NCBI GenBank assembly: GCA_043228905.1
Contig: JBHGNT010000007.1
Location: 15,376,001 to 15,440,000, forward strand
Direction of reading: 5' to 3'
Source: Azolla caroliniana
Taxonomy: Eukaryota > Plantae > Polypodiophyta
DNA length: 64,000 nt
The notes beneath the pieces are model-generated. The model was not told the DNA's origin. It saw nothing but the letters and a program-made list of their open reading frames with translations, and did not search any database. A program made the translations under genes and the position numbers. This document shows, one piece after another, positions 1-12,500 of the stretch. How positions within the stretch are numbered: the first letter of the stretch is position 1; every line of letters begins with the position of its first letter.

Positions 1-1437
1 ACCTGAGCGGGCACTAAAAGCGACTCCGAGATAGACGTATGATCCAACCACCTCGATTGGGCTATGGGAGATAGTTAGGTGACACTTAGCTCTAACTTGG
101 GCCGATGTGTGGAAGATAAGGACTTTCGTTTTCCCTAGATTCACTACCAATCCTCGTTGTACACAAAAGTCATCTAAGGCATTAAGGTGCCTATGTAGGT
201 CGTGTTCGGATTCAGAGAGCAAAACTATGTCATCCGCATAGAGCAAGATACGAACCTCCGTATCCCCAAGGACCACTCCGGTGCCTCCCTCATGAGCAAT
301 AAAATCTGTGATCTCATCAATGTAGATCCCAAAAAGCGTCGGTGATAGGGGGCAACCTTGTTTTACACCAATAGTGCTAGTGAAACGATTAGATAGGCCA
401 CCTGGGCATCAGACACACCCGGACACTTGTTCATATAGTGCGTAGATGGCCCATACCATATCATCGGGTATCCTCAAGCTTTTAAGTCTATCAAACAACC
501 GCTCTCTAGGGACTGTGTCAAAGGCTTTGCGGAAGTCCACAAAACAACAATATAATTTCTTCTTGCGAGCCTTAGTTTGGTCAATTAGGCATCTAAGTGT
601 GAAGATATGATCAATAGTGGAGAAGGCTCATCTAAAGCCAGCTTGTTCAGGTGCACGAAGCTAAGCTCTGCTTCCATTACTGCACCATATAACTTAGCAA
701 GGGCATGGCCTATCATAATGGTCCTATATGTAGTTGGGTCCATGGGGTCCCCCCCTTTATGTATGGGGGCCACTGTATTCATAGTCCACTGTGGTGGAAA
801 ACCCTCCGCAAGGGCACGATTGAAGATTAGAGTTAGCAAGGGAGCTAGGCACTCTCTCGCATATATAATGTGTTCTGCTCGCAATCCTGTGTGGTCCATG
901 GACTTCCTATGTTGTAATTTCTTTATGACCTTCATGACCCTAGAGGTCGTGAAAAGTGTCCCCGTGGTAGGCCGGGGTGTGGAAGGCATTGGAATGGGTG
1001 GTTGGTTTGGGATTTGGTAAAGTCTCTCTGTATATGTGTGCCAAGTTTCGGGATCTTCGATGGGTGTTTGTGGTCTTGGCTCCCGTAGTCTCTTCCATGC
1101 CGTGGCGCAATCGCTACTCATGAGCATATGGTAGAGTTCCCAGTATTGGGATGCCTCCCACGCTCGTCTCTTACGACGTGTTATTTTACGCATTTCTTTG
1201 CGAGCTTGTATGGAGGTAATACTACCATTGAGTTGCGATACTGTAAGTTTTCTATGTAAGTCCCTACAATCCTCGTCATACCATTTATTTTGTGGCATTG
1301 ATCCTGATCTACCTTGATTTGAGTGTTTTGTATATGGGAAACTGCTAGCTGCTGCGGAGTGAAGGATGTGTTTGAGTTTTGTACTAAGGCTTTCTAACGG
1401 TAGGGAGGGATCAAGGGAGGGGAGATGGGCCTGAACA
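1..1437 (-). mobile_element. Non-LTR retrotransposon (LINE) reverse transcriptase fragment, frameshifted, runs off the left edge
   Basis: ORF 585-1298 reads KWYDEDC...LAPLLTLIFN...VAPIHKGGDPMDPTTYRTI. Manual minus-strand translation continues CCFVDFRKAFDTVPR, GVKQGCPLSPTLFGIYID, LLYADD (YADD at 229-240) and YVYLG. These are canonical LINE RT motifs. Confidence 0.92.
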
Positions 1438-1957
1438 TGTTATGCAACTAAAAATAGATTCAACGAAAAGAAAAGTTATGCAACTAAAAGTAGAGGCCTG
1501 ATCAACGAGGAACTCCATATATAATTCCATTTTTTTCCCTATATTCATATGCTCTCTCCATATTATATTGTTCTTCTTTTCCTTCGGAGCTCTCTTATCT
1601 TATCGAAGCCAAGAACCCTAAATTTCCTTACGGAAGTCATAAACCCTAATTTCCTAATCAAAGCCATATAACTCAAAAACCCTAATTTTCGAATTGAAGC
1701 TAAAAACCCTAATATTCTAATTAAATCCATATTTCATTTCTTCTAATCTATTACTCTAGTCATCTCCGTTAGCAAATTTTTGTAATCCCAATCTTGGGAT
1801 TAATTGTAATCTTTCTTTCCCTTTATTAATGAAATTTGTGAATCTTTATCATTTTGTATTAATTGTTTAATATAATCATACGAATATGATATCTTTCGGT
1901 TGGAGGCCCCGAGGTCCTACCTCAAAGTTCACGTATCCTCGTTGTATTTTCGCGACA
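1438..1957. repeat. AT-rich possible LTR fragment with several AAACCCTAA-like motifs
   Basis: Starts TGTTATG where the LINE homology stops and ends near CGCGACA. No TSD, PBS or partner copy was found. Confidence 0.3.
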
Positions 1958-1961
1958 ACGC

Positions 1962-2284
1962 TGTAATCCCATATAATGGAATGAGAGGCAAGAGTGATTG
2001 CAATGCAACAGAAGAAGATTGACGAGCGTGTGTGTGTGTGTGTGAGGCAACAGAGGGAGGGAGGGAGAGAGAGAGAGAGTTGTTTAGGCAGACATAGAAA
2101 AATTGTATATTAACCAAAATTACATCAAACATAAAACATCCAACAGTAATGAAGTTACAATGCGTTGGTTTATATACCAACTAAGCTAGGGCAAGTGCCC
2201 TTTCTATTATTTACAAAACTAGCCCAACATGTCCATGAGCTAGTGTGAAACCTATCTATGGGAAGTTGAGTTCGACTCTCAACA
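1962..2284 (-). repeat. Solo copia-type LTR
   Basis: Minus strand reads TGTTGAGAGTCGAACTCAAC...GGGATTACA. It has the same TGTTGAG start and CT/CA microsatellite layout as the LTRs at 3984 and 58060. The flanks (AACGC/TGCTA) are not a TSD. Confidence 0.6.
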
Positions 2285-4312
2285 TGCTATAACCCCCGGA
2301 CAAAGGAAGTTCACGTAAATCAAGATGTCGTGTTTGACGAGTCCACTTCGTGGTACTTGCCTTCACCTCCATTACCCCATGACTCCATTCCGAATTCTGA
2401 AAAAGAGATCAGCGAGGCTGAGATGCTTCTATGTAATGAGGATATCTGAGCTCTAACAGAGAGTCCGATCTCATTTCGGCTAAGAGGGCCGAATAAGGGG
2501 TTGGGCCGAGGTGGCCAACCAAATGAAGAGATGGCGAGTAGTGGAAACTGGGCCGTGTTGTCCCCGCATAAAGAACCGAGGTGACGGTGTACGTGTAAGG
2601 AAAAGGGGAAGAAGAAAATGTCGGAGTATGATTTTGGCTGTGGCGAGTCAGATCGCAACGAATCTGACTTCGGGCCAATCGAGAAGGAACTTCCATAGAA
2701 GGGGTCGAAATCGACCGAAAAGGTCATGAAATCGGGTAATCATGAATTACGCCGATCTACCCACCTGAAGAACCCCGTAAAAAGGTACGGGTACAATGAT
2801 TACATGGCGCATCATTGCGCGTACATGACACGAGTGGCAGAATTGCGTGAGCCAAAGAGCTACGTAGAAGCGGTGGGAGACGCAAACTGGTGTGCCGTGA
2901 TGAAGGAAGACATGCGTGCATTATCGGACAACGAGACTTGGGACCTACTTGACGCACCTAAAGGTGTTAAGCTAATGGGATGCAGATGGGTGTTTAAGGT
3001 GAAATACAACACCGACGGCTCGATCAACTGATATAAGGCCCGTTTGGTTGCCAAAGGCTACGCGCAGAAGCACGACATTGATTATGACGAGACCTTCGCG
3101 CTTGTCGCGAAGATGACTACCGTGCAGGTTCTGCTAGCTGTAGTTGTGGCAAAGGTGTGGCATCTACATTAGATGGATGTAAAGAATGCGTTCCTGCAAG
3201 GTGATCTTGAGGAATAGGTGTACATGGTCCAACCCCTGGATTTCTATCCGAACAGAACACTTCGGCAGTCTGCCGATTGAAGAAGGCGTTATACGGCCTT
3301 ATGCAAGCCCCGTGAGCTTGGAACGTGAAGATTACGCAATGGTTGCGTAGAATGGGAATTACAACGTCCAAATCCGACTCTTTGTTGTTCGTTCTGCAAG
3401 GTCGACATGGATCGGTTTGTCATTTACTTTATGTTGATGATTTAGTCATCGCCGGTGCTGAACAGGAAGAAATCGGCCACATAAAGACTCAGCTTGCGGC
3501 ATCGTTTGAAATGAAGGATCTTGGCGACCTTCATTACTTCCTTGGGATCAAAGTGATCCATTCCCCCAAAGGCATATTGATCAGTCAGCGTCATTACGCA
3601 CTGAATATGCTCTTCAAGTTTGGGATGGCAAATTGTAAGCCCATCTCGACCCCTCTGGATAGAAACGTAAAGCTTCGCCGAGATTCGGGAAAGGCGTGCA
3701 ACCCGACTCGGTTTCAATAGTTTGTCAGAAGCCTCATCTACTTGACGATCACTCAGCTGAACCTCAGCTATCCGGTCGGAATGGTCAGTCAATTTATGTC
3801 ATAGCCCACGACCGAACACCTTCAGCGCGTGCAAAGGATATTACGACATGTCAGTGGCACGAAAGACATGGCGTTGTTGTATCGTACAGACATAGCCGAG
3901 TAGCTAGTCGGCTACACAGATGTCGATTGGCCTTAGAAGATCTGGAAAAGTAGATGGAACCTCAAGTTGAGCTTCAGGGGGAGTGTTGAGAGACAAGCTC
4001 AACATTGAGTGCGTAAACGGGTATGTAACCTAGTGCGTAAACAAGTACGTAACCCAATGCATAGACTGGGTGTGTAAAACCGTATGCAAAATATGGTTGT
4101 GGTGGTGTTTAAACCGAGAGGCCATTATAGTGTTATTCCTCATAAGGAATAATTTTGGGAGTAAGTGTAGGATGCTCATTTTATGAGCGGTCAAGTATTG
4201 TAAGTACTTGTGTCAGCCCAATAGTCAAGGCTTGTATAAAAGGTGCTCACTGAGCACGAAGTATGTACAGAGAACATACAGAGAATAATTTTGAATATAG
4301 TTTGTAGTTTCT

Positions 4313-4352
<40 letters not shown>

Positions 4353-4451
4353 TCTTTCTCTGTGATTTATGCGTTTCACCGAATTGTCGTACTACCGAAC
4401 TGTGTACTCTGTGTTCTTATGCATACGCTTCCGCAAACCTATTCTTTTACA
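2285..4451 (+). mobile_element. Degenerate Ty1/copia 3' half (integrase C-terminus, RT, truncated RNase H, PPT, 3' LTR 3984-4451)
   Basis: CYNPRTKEV..DVVFDES, KRYGYNDYMAHH, GCRWVFKVKYNTDGS, LLYVDDL; many stops. PPT CAGGGGGAG is followed by TGTTGAGAG...TTTTACA. Related to the copia copies at 56.3-64 kb. Confidence 0.9.
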
Positions 4452-6659
4452 TGAAATAACAATAAATTAGGTACTGGAATATATGAGAGTGACAATGTTA
4501 GTCATAAAGGAGAGTGAGTTTTCATGTAGCAAATCTATGTCTGAGAGGAGCAAGAGACGGGTGGTACTTCACATAGTTTGTTATTTACTAGAAGTAATTA
4601 AGAGATTTACGAAGGAAGATCATAGGGATATTATCTCTAGAGTGTTGCACCATCAACTTTTGAATGAAAACACGGAGAATATTAAGTTTAGGGACCAATG
4701 TGTTTCAGAGGAAATTGTAGAGTCTATGAAGTCATCCCTACACTTAGTGAAAGGGGTAGAGAGCATAGATAAGTTTGGTGCAAAGAGAGCAGCCCTTCAC
4801 CTGGTTGTAAATGGTACAACAACAAAAAAAATATAGTGATACTAAAGTTGCCTTAGCCCTTGGTATTCAAAGAAGGAACTTGAGGACACATCGGAAAAAT
4901 ATAAAGTCAAATCAATTTAAGTGGTTGGGGTTAGGCCGTAGACGATGATGTGATGCCTTGTCTCATGAGAATATTGAGAAAGTGGATTCCTTTTGGGTAA
5001 AAAATACATGTGTCTCACTGAATAAAAAAGATGTATGTAGGCAATGTATAAGTCGGGGTAGGTACCACATTCACCTAAGACACTTCTTAGAGATGATTGT
5101 TTGTGTGGAAGCTATACAACGCAACAATCTGTCTTCATGCTTTTCTGTCAGTGTGGCTCTTTGTTCTGCAATCGGTTGAGTCAACATAGATGTCCTAGCT
5201 GGGATTTCAATATGAGAGGTACCCTCATACTTCATGGTAGTGTTGGTACTTGATGACCGTCTATAATGTGATGATCGATGATGAGCAAAATCTTCCCAAT
5301 CAACTTCAATGCCACCATGGAGTTCACATGCAAATGCATGTGCAAAGAAAAATCCTACCTCATTGTTTAGGCCATGTTTCATATGATAAACTTGTTCATA
5401 TCATGACTTTAGTTCAGTCACATAATCCTTCTTCAATTGAGTGAGGTGGAAATCTCTCCTTGTCTCCGGTTGTGATGAGCCCCAAGTCGTTATGGTTGCA
5501 GATGTCATTGTTGAAGTCTTTGTAGAGGGGACACGTTTGAAGCACAGGTTGCAAGCAAAAGAACACACATGGTAGAGGGAACACACCGAGGATAGGTCAT
5601 TGAAAGGCGTCGATGGAAAGATAACACAATAAGCAGAGAACAGCTAGAGGTAGAGGGAACACGACGAGCACAGTAGAGGTCAATGCAAAGAGGGCATAGT
5701 AGAACGCCTAAGAGAGAGAACACTTCTAGCAGAGGGATACTAGAGGATGCAGATGGGTCTCGACGAGGAGAGTTTGCAGAGAATGCGTGAAAGAGAGAAT
5801 GCGGGGAGTAGAGAACACTTCGAGGATGTAGATGGGTCTCAACAAGGACAGTTTGCAGAGAACACTTGAGAGAGAGAATGTGGCCAACAGAGCAAAGGTC
5901 AATGCAAAGAGGACACAATAGAACACCTGAGAGAGAGAATACCTGAGAGAGAGAACATGGCCAACAAAGAACACCTAGAAGATGCAGATGGGTCTCGACC
6001 AGGAGAGTTTGCAGAGAACGTGGGTAAACAACGAGTTTATTGTTGTTGTAGAGATGACACAATGAGAAGGGATTACATGGAGTTTGCAAAGTGAGCAAAG
6101 AACGTGGAGAAACATATGCAGAAGGTGGAAGAGAGAGACTTGAGAAAGGGAGGTACGAACCTAGGAATTAGCGAGTAGAAGGGGGAAGGAAAAAGTGCGA
6201 GAGAGAGGATGTATGAACCTAGGGAATCACCGAGTGGAAAAGGAGGGAGAGAGAGAGTCTAACTGACTAACTAACAGTTCAAGATAAAAAATTGAGCGAA
6301 GAGAGAGTGTGTGTGTGGGAGAGACTGACTGACTATCTTCATGATTGACTGACTACTCGAGATCTTGTATAGTTAAGACGTCCGTACAACATTACCTAGG
6401 ATTGTGAACCGACAACCTCAAATGAAATTGACTACAAGAGGGACACTTGGACACAAACATAATAGTGGAAGGATGTGCAATGTTTTTTCATATTTGAAAT
6501 CCATTTTCCTTGAATGTGACTTTTAATTTTAACACAATTCATGATCAACTTTTTAAACCCAAATATTGGATTATTTTTACATTTTAAAGTTTTTCCTCCT
6601 CATAGAATTAGTACTAAACATTTGGGTAAAAGTTGGTACATCGTAGCGTTCTCTGACCC
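4452..6659 (+). mobile_element. Internally deleted Sola2-like DNA transposon, copy 1 (inverted relative to copy 2)
   Basis: 4837-5097 is homologous to the reverse complement of 56030-56285 (transposase N-terminus, KVDSFW..T.VS.NKKDVCRQ...RHFLEM). 5100-5500 on the minus strand is homologous to 46600-47070 (AFACE..GGI.VDWEDF). The terminus ...GACCC at 6659 matches the terminus at 45136. Confidence 0.8.
5560..6020. repeat. Composite degenerate tandem repeats inside Sola2-like copy 1
   Basis: GATGGGTCTC.AC.AGGA.AGTTTGCAGAGAA occurs three times (~5752, ~5832, ~5987). AGGTCAATGCAAAGAGG...AGAGAGAGAA occurs twice (~5677, ~5896). Confidence 0.7.
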
Positions 6660-7589
6660 TCATCGGCCCCCCCTTTCCCCCTTGAAAAGACGTCACGGGT
6701 TTGGGTCCTTAAAGGCATACAAAGGCCCTCTGACAACACACCCCCCCACCCCCACCGCCTCAACCCCACCCAAAAGCCCCTAATCTTCCCAAACTCTCAC
6801 GAAACCCTTGGTGGATCGTCATCCAACTATACCGTCCGCACATAAATCTTAGCCCACCCCACGCCCTTTTACCCCCTCACCATGCCTTATGTCACTTCGT
6901 TTGTCAACTACTCGAGCCGTCTTCTCCCCCGACCTCTGTTACCGTCCCCATTAGACAATAATTTATTTATTCATTACTCGTACCGTCCCCCTCCGCAATT
7001 TTTTCTTTTTCTGTAAATTGATTAGTAATTATCATCTATTTTCTTTCTAATGGTTACCTCTTATTTTTAGTGGTCCCTCAACCGGTTATTTCTACTCGTT
7101 TTCTATCTAATTTTTATTTCTCATGTTTCATTCTTTAACATTTTATTTTTCGTAGTTAATTTTTGGTTATCATTAATTATTTCCCTCTCTTTTGCCCTCC
7201 TTCCCCCACTCCTCTTTCCCCCTCACCTCTCTTCCTCCTCCCTCAGTGTTGCGCCCCAGCCCAACTCGTTTTGGACTCTACCATCGTTTTCTTCCCCCCC
7301 CCCCCCCCCCCTTTTTTTCATCGCTCTCCTCCACGCCTTTCGAGCGTTGCTTATCGCCACTGCCTCCTCCTCAGTCCGTTGTACACTCCCTCGGGTAGGT
7401 CTAAAATTTGTTTTCTATTACGCTCTCTCACTCGGCCCCCGCCAACGCCACATGTTGTCCACAAGCCTACCCACCCCCTGTGGCGGCCACGACAACTACC
7501 GTGTCATTTATGTTGTCCTCTTCTCGCTTCTGGCCTCTTCACTCGCGGCCTCGTTGCATCCCCCCACAGTCCTCGCTTCGAATCACCCC

Positions 7590-7905
7590 TGGTTGGACGA
7601 GCGAATAGTTTCCCTTCCCGGTTTGAAGAGAGGCACTCTTCGAACCCCTCACATCTAGTTCGAAGAGTCCCGGTTTGAAGAGAGACACTCTTCGAACCCC
7701 TCACCCCGGTTCGACGAGCGAATCGTTTCCCTTCCCGGTTCGAAGAGAGGCACTCTTCGAACCACTCGCCCCTGTTTGCCGAGAGGTACTCTTCAAACCA
7801 CTCACCCACAATTCGACGAGCAAATCGTTTCCTTTCCCGGTTCGACGGGAGGCACTCTTCAAACCACTCACCCATGGCTCGAAGAGCTTCGAACCCCTCA
7901 CCTCT
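7590..7905. repeat. Array of palindromic repeats (GGTTCGAAGAG-AGGCA-CTCTTCGAACC and variants)
   Basis: The best copy, 7737-7763, is a perfect 11-bp stem with a 5-nt loop. About 5-6 variant copies are interleaved with GACGAGCGAATCGTTTCCCTTCCC. Confidence 0.8.
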
Positions 7906-8177
7906 CATTCGATGAGAGGCCCCCGTTGCCCAAACACAACCTAGACACTAACACATAAGTCCCTTTAAAATATAAATATAAATATCGTTATCCCTCAAAA
8001 CAACTCATACTACTTTACAATATAATAATCATGTAACTAATCAAAATAACTCATTCACACCAATAGATAAATAAAATATCGTTGGTAGTATTATTGTGTA
8101 AACAGGAGCATGGGAGTGTAAGAGTTGGTACACCCCCATACGACTATACTAATCTTTGTCCTATCAGGTTATAATCA

Positions 8178-9509
8178 ATGACGTCCACCCCATTCACCAA
8201 GTTCCTCCACGCATACTACCTCGAAGCCGGTTGTGGCTCCTTCGTAATTCAAGCCGAGTTCAACAACACCCGTTGTACCTACCAGGTACCCACTGCCGCC
8301 ACGCAACTCAAGTACTTCGAGCTTGATGTTTTTGACACCCTTTCCTGGATAGGCCTCAAGTTCTTCCTTAGGATTTTCCCTTGGGGTGTACTCCCCGAGC
8401 TAGTCAATTGGTTCCTCACAGGATACAACCCTGATACCAGCAATGTTCACATGCACGCCTTCATGGATGCTACCCCTATCGAGTTCCAGTTCAACATCGC
8501 CGACGTTTGCACTACGGTACACTTGGCGGTGGATGGCACTACCTTCCGCACCACGAAGTCCCCCAACGTCATCCCCAACATCATCCCTGCTGTCTACACC
8601 GAGTATTCCGGACGTGAAGGTTGGAGTTTCACCAAAATTCCCTCTCACCTCCTAGTCATTGTAGCGCCATTGCTCAGATCGGTGAAACCACCTCCACTAA
8701 CACCATCATTGGCATCATCGGTGAGTTCCTCAAGTGGGCACACGATCCTCAACCTGTCCGGTCCAATGGGCCCACAAACTCATTCGACGGGTCAAGGAAT
8801 GGCAAACACAACCCAAATCGGTAGCCAATTTCGCATGGTTCCTCACTCGTTACCTGTGTGCAAAGTTCAATATCGGCCCTCCAGCTCCTCCCCACATATG
8901 CTGCCAAGAACGATGCCACAAGATAACCATACCAGGTCAACCCGAGTGCCACAGCATTCCGGAACGTGACTTCTTAAGGCAAGTCCACCATGGCGAACGT
9001 GAACGCCCACCAGTGCACAAACAACCACAAATCACCCATGTGGCATCCGAGGATACCCTCGATACACCCGAGGATATCACCCAACGCGAAAGAATTCCAG
9101 ACACATTAATTCACCCCCACAGTAATCCAGGAATTGTCTACAACATTCTACTACGTGTCCCATCAGACCACGGCCACAACCCCTCGTACTTGCAGTTCCA
9201 CCACCGAAACGATCCTTTGCAACCCTCAGAACCCAGTGGACCTACCCCATCCTCCCTCGACAACCTCTCTGCTAAGTGAAACCCCGCAAGCTGCCCCTTG
9301 GAAAGCCACCCAACCACCACCCCCATACTTACCAACAACACCCTGCAACCTCGACCCCGTAAACTAGCCCGCCACAACCCACCACCCATTGACACCCCAC
9401 AGGTCGAAAGCCCCTTCCTCCCCTAAGAACCTTAACCCACCACCATCTGCACACTCAATTGTTCCCTCCCAACCAACTCGTGATACCACCCTGACGACCA
9501 CCCTAATGG
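8178..9509 (+). pseudogene. Frameshifted transposon-accessory-like gene (PMD/Transposase_32-like N-terminus, Pro/Thr-rich tail), interrupted by gypsy A
   Basis: GLKFFLRIFPWGVLPELVNWFLTGY...EGWSF, then in another frame VQWAHKLIRRV..FAWFLTRYL. The Pro/Thr-rich frame resumes after the gypsy at 32296-32547. The domain assignment is by eye only. Confidence 0.45.
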
Positions 9510-12500
9510 TGTCGTATTGTTTCGCTTACAAGAGAGAAACTAAGGCGGGACCGCGGGCACCTTGGACCTAGGGGTGCAAGAGATCAAGGGGAGCGAGAGC
9601 ACGAGTGTCGAGCCAACGAATGTCTGCTTCCGGTAAGCGGCGCTTACCGACCGAATGAATCACGACCGTGTGTACAGAACGAACAGAGATGCGCACCCAC
9701 CAGACAGTGAAAGGGAAACACGCAGAAAAGCATAGAGAGACAACGAATAGGAGAATCGATTCCAATGATAAGGCTTACAACTTTGTAAGATTACAACCGG
9801 CGAGCCGACAACAGACCCAACACAGACACTCACACTCTCATGCACACAGTGGAGCCTCTACCAGAAGCATTCGGGCTTTCTTTGAAGTAGAGGCAACTGA
9901 CCAAGAACCTGTAGAGAACAACAATAAAGGAGGAGAAAGCCCGGTTCCCAGTCTGATAGCACTTCATCCTTGCCAAAACGCAATACCTGTTTCAGCCTTC
10001 TCCCATCTCTTTTATAGGCCATCGGAGAGGCCCATCACATCCTGAATACATCATCTTTACTCTTTGTCCCTTCGGACAGAGATACGCATTGATTTCCTAG
10101 CTAATAAATGTGTACTACCTAGTATATTTACATCAGCTGACCTATTCCTAATTATGTACAACTTATCAATCCTTGTGCCCATGCGTAAGGGGCGGTTCAT
10201 GCACACTTTATATTGTTTCTGCCTAAGGCCGGTTTTCTTCACGAAATCCACCCCCACCAAACCACACATCCACCGGTATGCACCAGAGAGGGACAAATGC
10301 CAAAGAAAACTGGCTCGCGTTCACCTGTCACTCTCTGAATCTCTATCCACTCCGATCCGGTTGTCATCTACGCTCCCCGGGTCCGGTTCGTCCTCGTGTC
10401 ACTTCTTGAATGCCTTAATCCTCTTCCCAGCCACAGGCACAACTATCCTTGTTCTGTTGAGGTTCGCGAGATGGGAGGTGTCGTTGTCATTTGCGCTTGT
10501 TACGGCGTAAGGCCCGAACCACCTTCTCGCATACTTGTGCGTTGCCTTGTGCTGGTTGTCGAGGCTGCTGTCATAAACCAGTACCTAGTCGCCTTCCTCG
10601 ATCTTCTTCGGTCATAGCCGGTGAGTTCGGTCGAACCGGCCTTTATTCCTTGCCCTTGCCGCATGCAGCTTTGCCTTTGCCTATTCCACGTCCTCCAGAC
10701 TTCGTTCAAGCTGCCGAATCCGCGCAACCAGTAGCTCTTCTCAGTTCATCTTGTCTCTGTAGTCCACCGCCGCGCATGAGGACATTGTTCGCTCTACCGG
10801 CATGATCGGCTTCTGCCCATACATAAGCTCTGCTGGTTACCGAACTATGCGTAGTTCGGTCCATCCACAATGCGTAAGGTAGGAGCCGCGGCCAATTCCC
10901 GACTTGTCCTTCGCAAGCCCGTACTAACGCCTTCACAATCGGCCCGTGCCCGCGCTCTACCTTCCAGTTCGCCTCCGGATTGTATGTCGTAGTGAGGGAA
11001 AGCTTAACCCCTAGCCGGCTAAATAGCTGATCGGCTTCCCGCGCATCTAGCCCGTACTAACGCCTTGTCCTTCGCAAGCCCGTACTAACGCCTTCACAAT
11101 TGGCCCGTGCCCGCGCTCTACCTTCCCGTTCGCCTCCGGATTGTATGCCGTAGTCAGGGAAAGCTTAACCCCTAGCCGGCTAAATAGCTCATCGTCTTCC
11201 TGCGCATCTAGCTCCCCCCGGTCAGCCACGATCTTTCCCACACCCATACCGGCACACCACTTCGTCAATTAGGAACCGGCACACAACTGCAGTCCTCTTG
11301 TTCGGCAATGCCCAACCCTCCACTTGGTTCGTCAAATCCTCTCATGCCAGCACCAAGTACCACATCTGCCCTACCCCCATCGGCATTGTCACCAAGTCCA
11401 CCATCCACTTAAAGTGGACAGTCGGCGGGTAAGTTGGGTGTAGCTCGTCCCGATGTCAGACTACGAAATGTGTCTAGCAGCTCTCACAAGTCATTACGAA
11501 CTGATGAACATCCCAGTACAATCCCGACCACCAATACTTCTCCTTCAGCCTTTCGAATGTGGCCCACATCCCACGATGTCCGGCCCAGGGACTCTTGTGA
11601 TATGCCGTTAGCAACGCCTTCTGCTCTTCCTTTCTCGCCACTACCCGGAGTCGGATGCCGCCTTGCTTCTTCGGGTGTTTCCATATGCTTTCGTCCCGTA
11701 GGAAGAACCGATGCGCTTTCTTCGAGATTCGGTTAGCCTCTTCTCTCGTCCACACCGCGTTCGACGTTAGCGTTTTTAGGAACCTGCCAATTCGGAGGCA
11801 CTCCCCGTCATACTCGCCCTCGTCAAACTCCTTAAGCGCCAGAGTGCTCTCTTCCCTCGTCGTCACAGAAGCCGACTTGAAGAATTCCATGCCGACTTCC
11901 TCGTCCTCCGAAACCATGTCGTCTCCATCATCAAACCGCACTCTCGAAAGGAGGTTGGCCATGGCATTGTCCTTCCCAGAGATGTGCCATATCTCCGGAT
12001 TTAGGGACTTAATGCACGCGATCCACCTAAGCATCGCCAGGTCTGGCGTCGTGCATCCAGAAACCATACCGAGGATCAGTAGGCAGTCCGTCTCGATTAT
12101 TACCTCCATCCCAATGAAGTAGTCTTTGTCGGCCTTGACCACTTAAATGATACCCCAGAGTTCGTGTTTTACCTGGGCATATCCTTGCAGTTGCTCGCTA
12201 AGTACTTTCTCTCTGAACCAGATGGGGAACCTCGTGTCGTTCTTGGCCTCCTGGTTGATCACCCATCCTATCCCGGTCGGGCTCGTGTGTACGGTCACAT
12301 AAATCGGGACCTCCTTACCGTAAACCGTTTTCCGGAGTGCCGGTGCCACGGTAAGCGCTTCTTTCAATCTCCGGACCGAATCCGTATGTTCCCCGCTCCA
12401 CTCGAACTTGCACCCTTTCTTCAATAACCCGTAGAACGGCTCTGCTACGTGTGCGCAGTGCAGAATCCAGATGTGGTAGATCACGCACGTGCCAAGGAAC

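Noticed and set aside
1610-1715. Interstitial telomere or telo-box promoter (AAACCCTAA)
   Set aside because: The motifs are dispersed at ~30-bp spacing rather than tandem heptamers, and no host gene follows.
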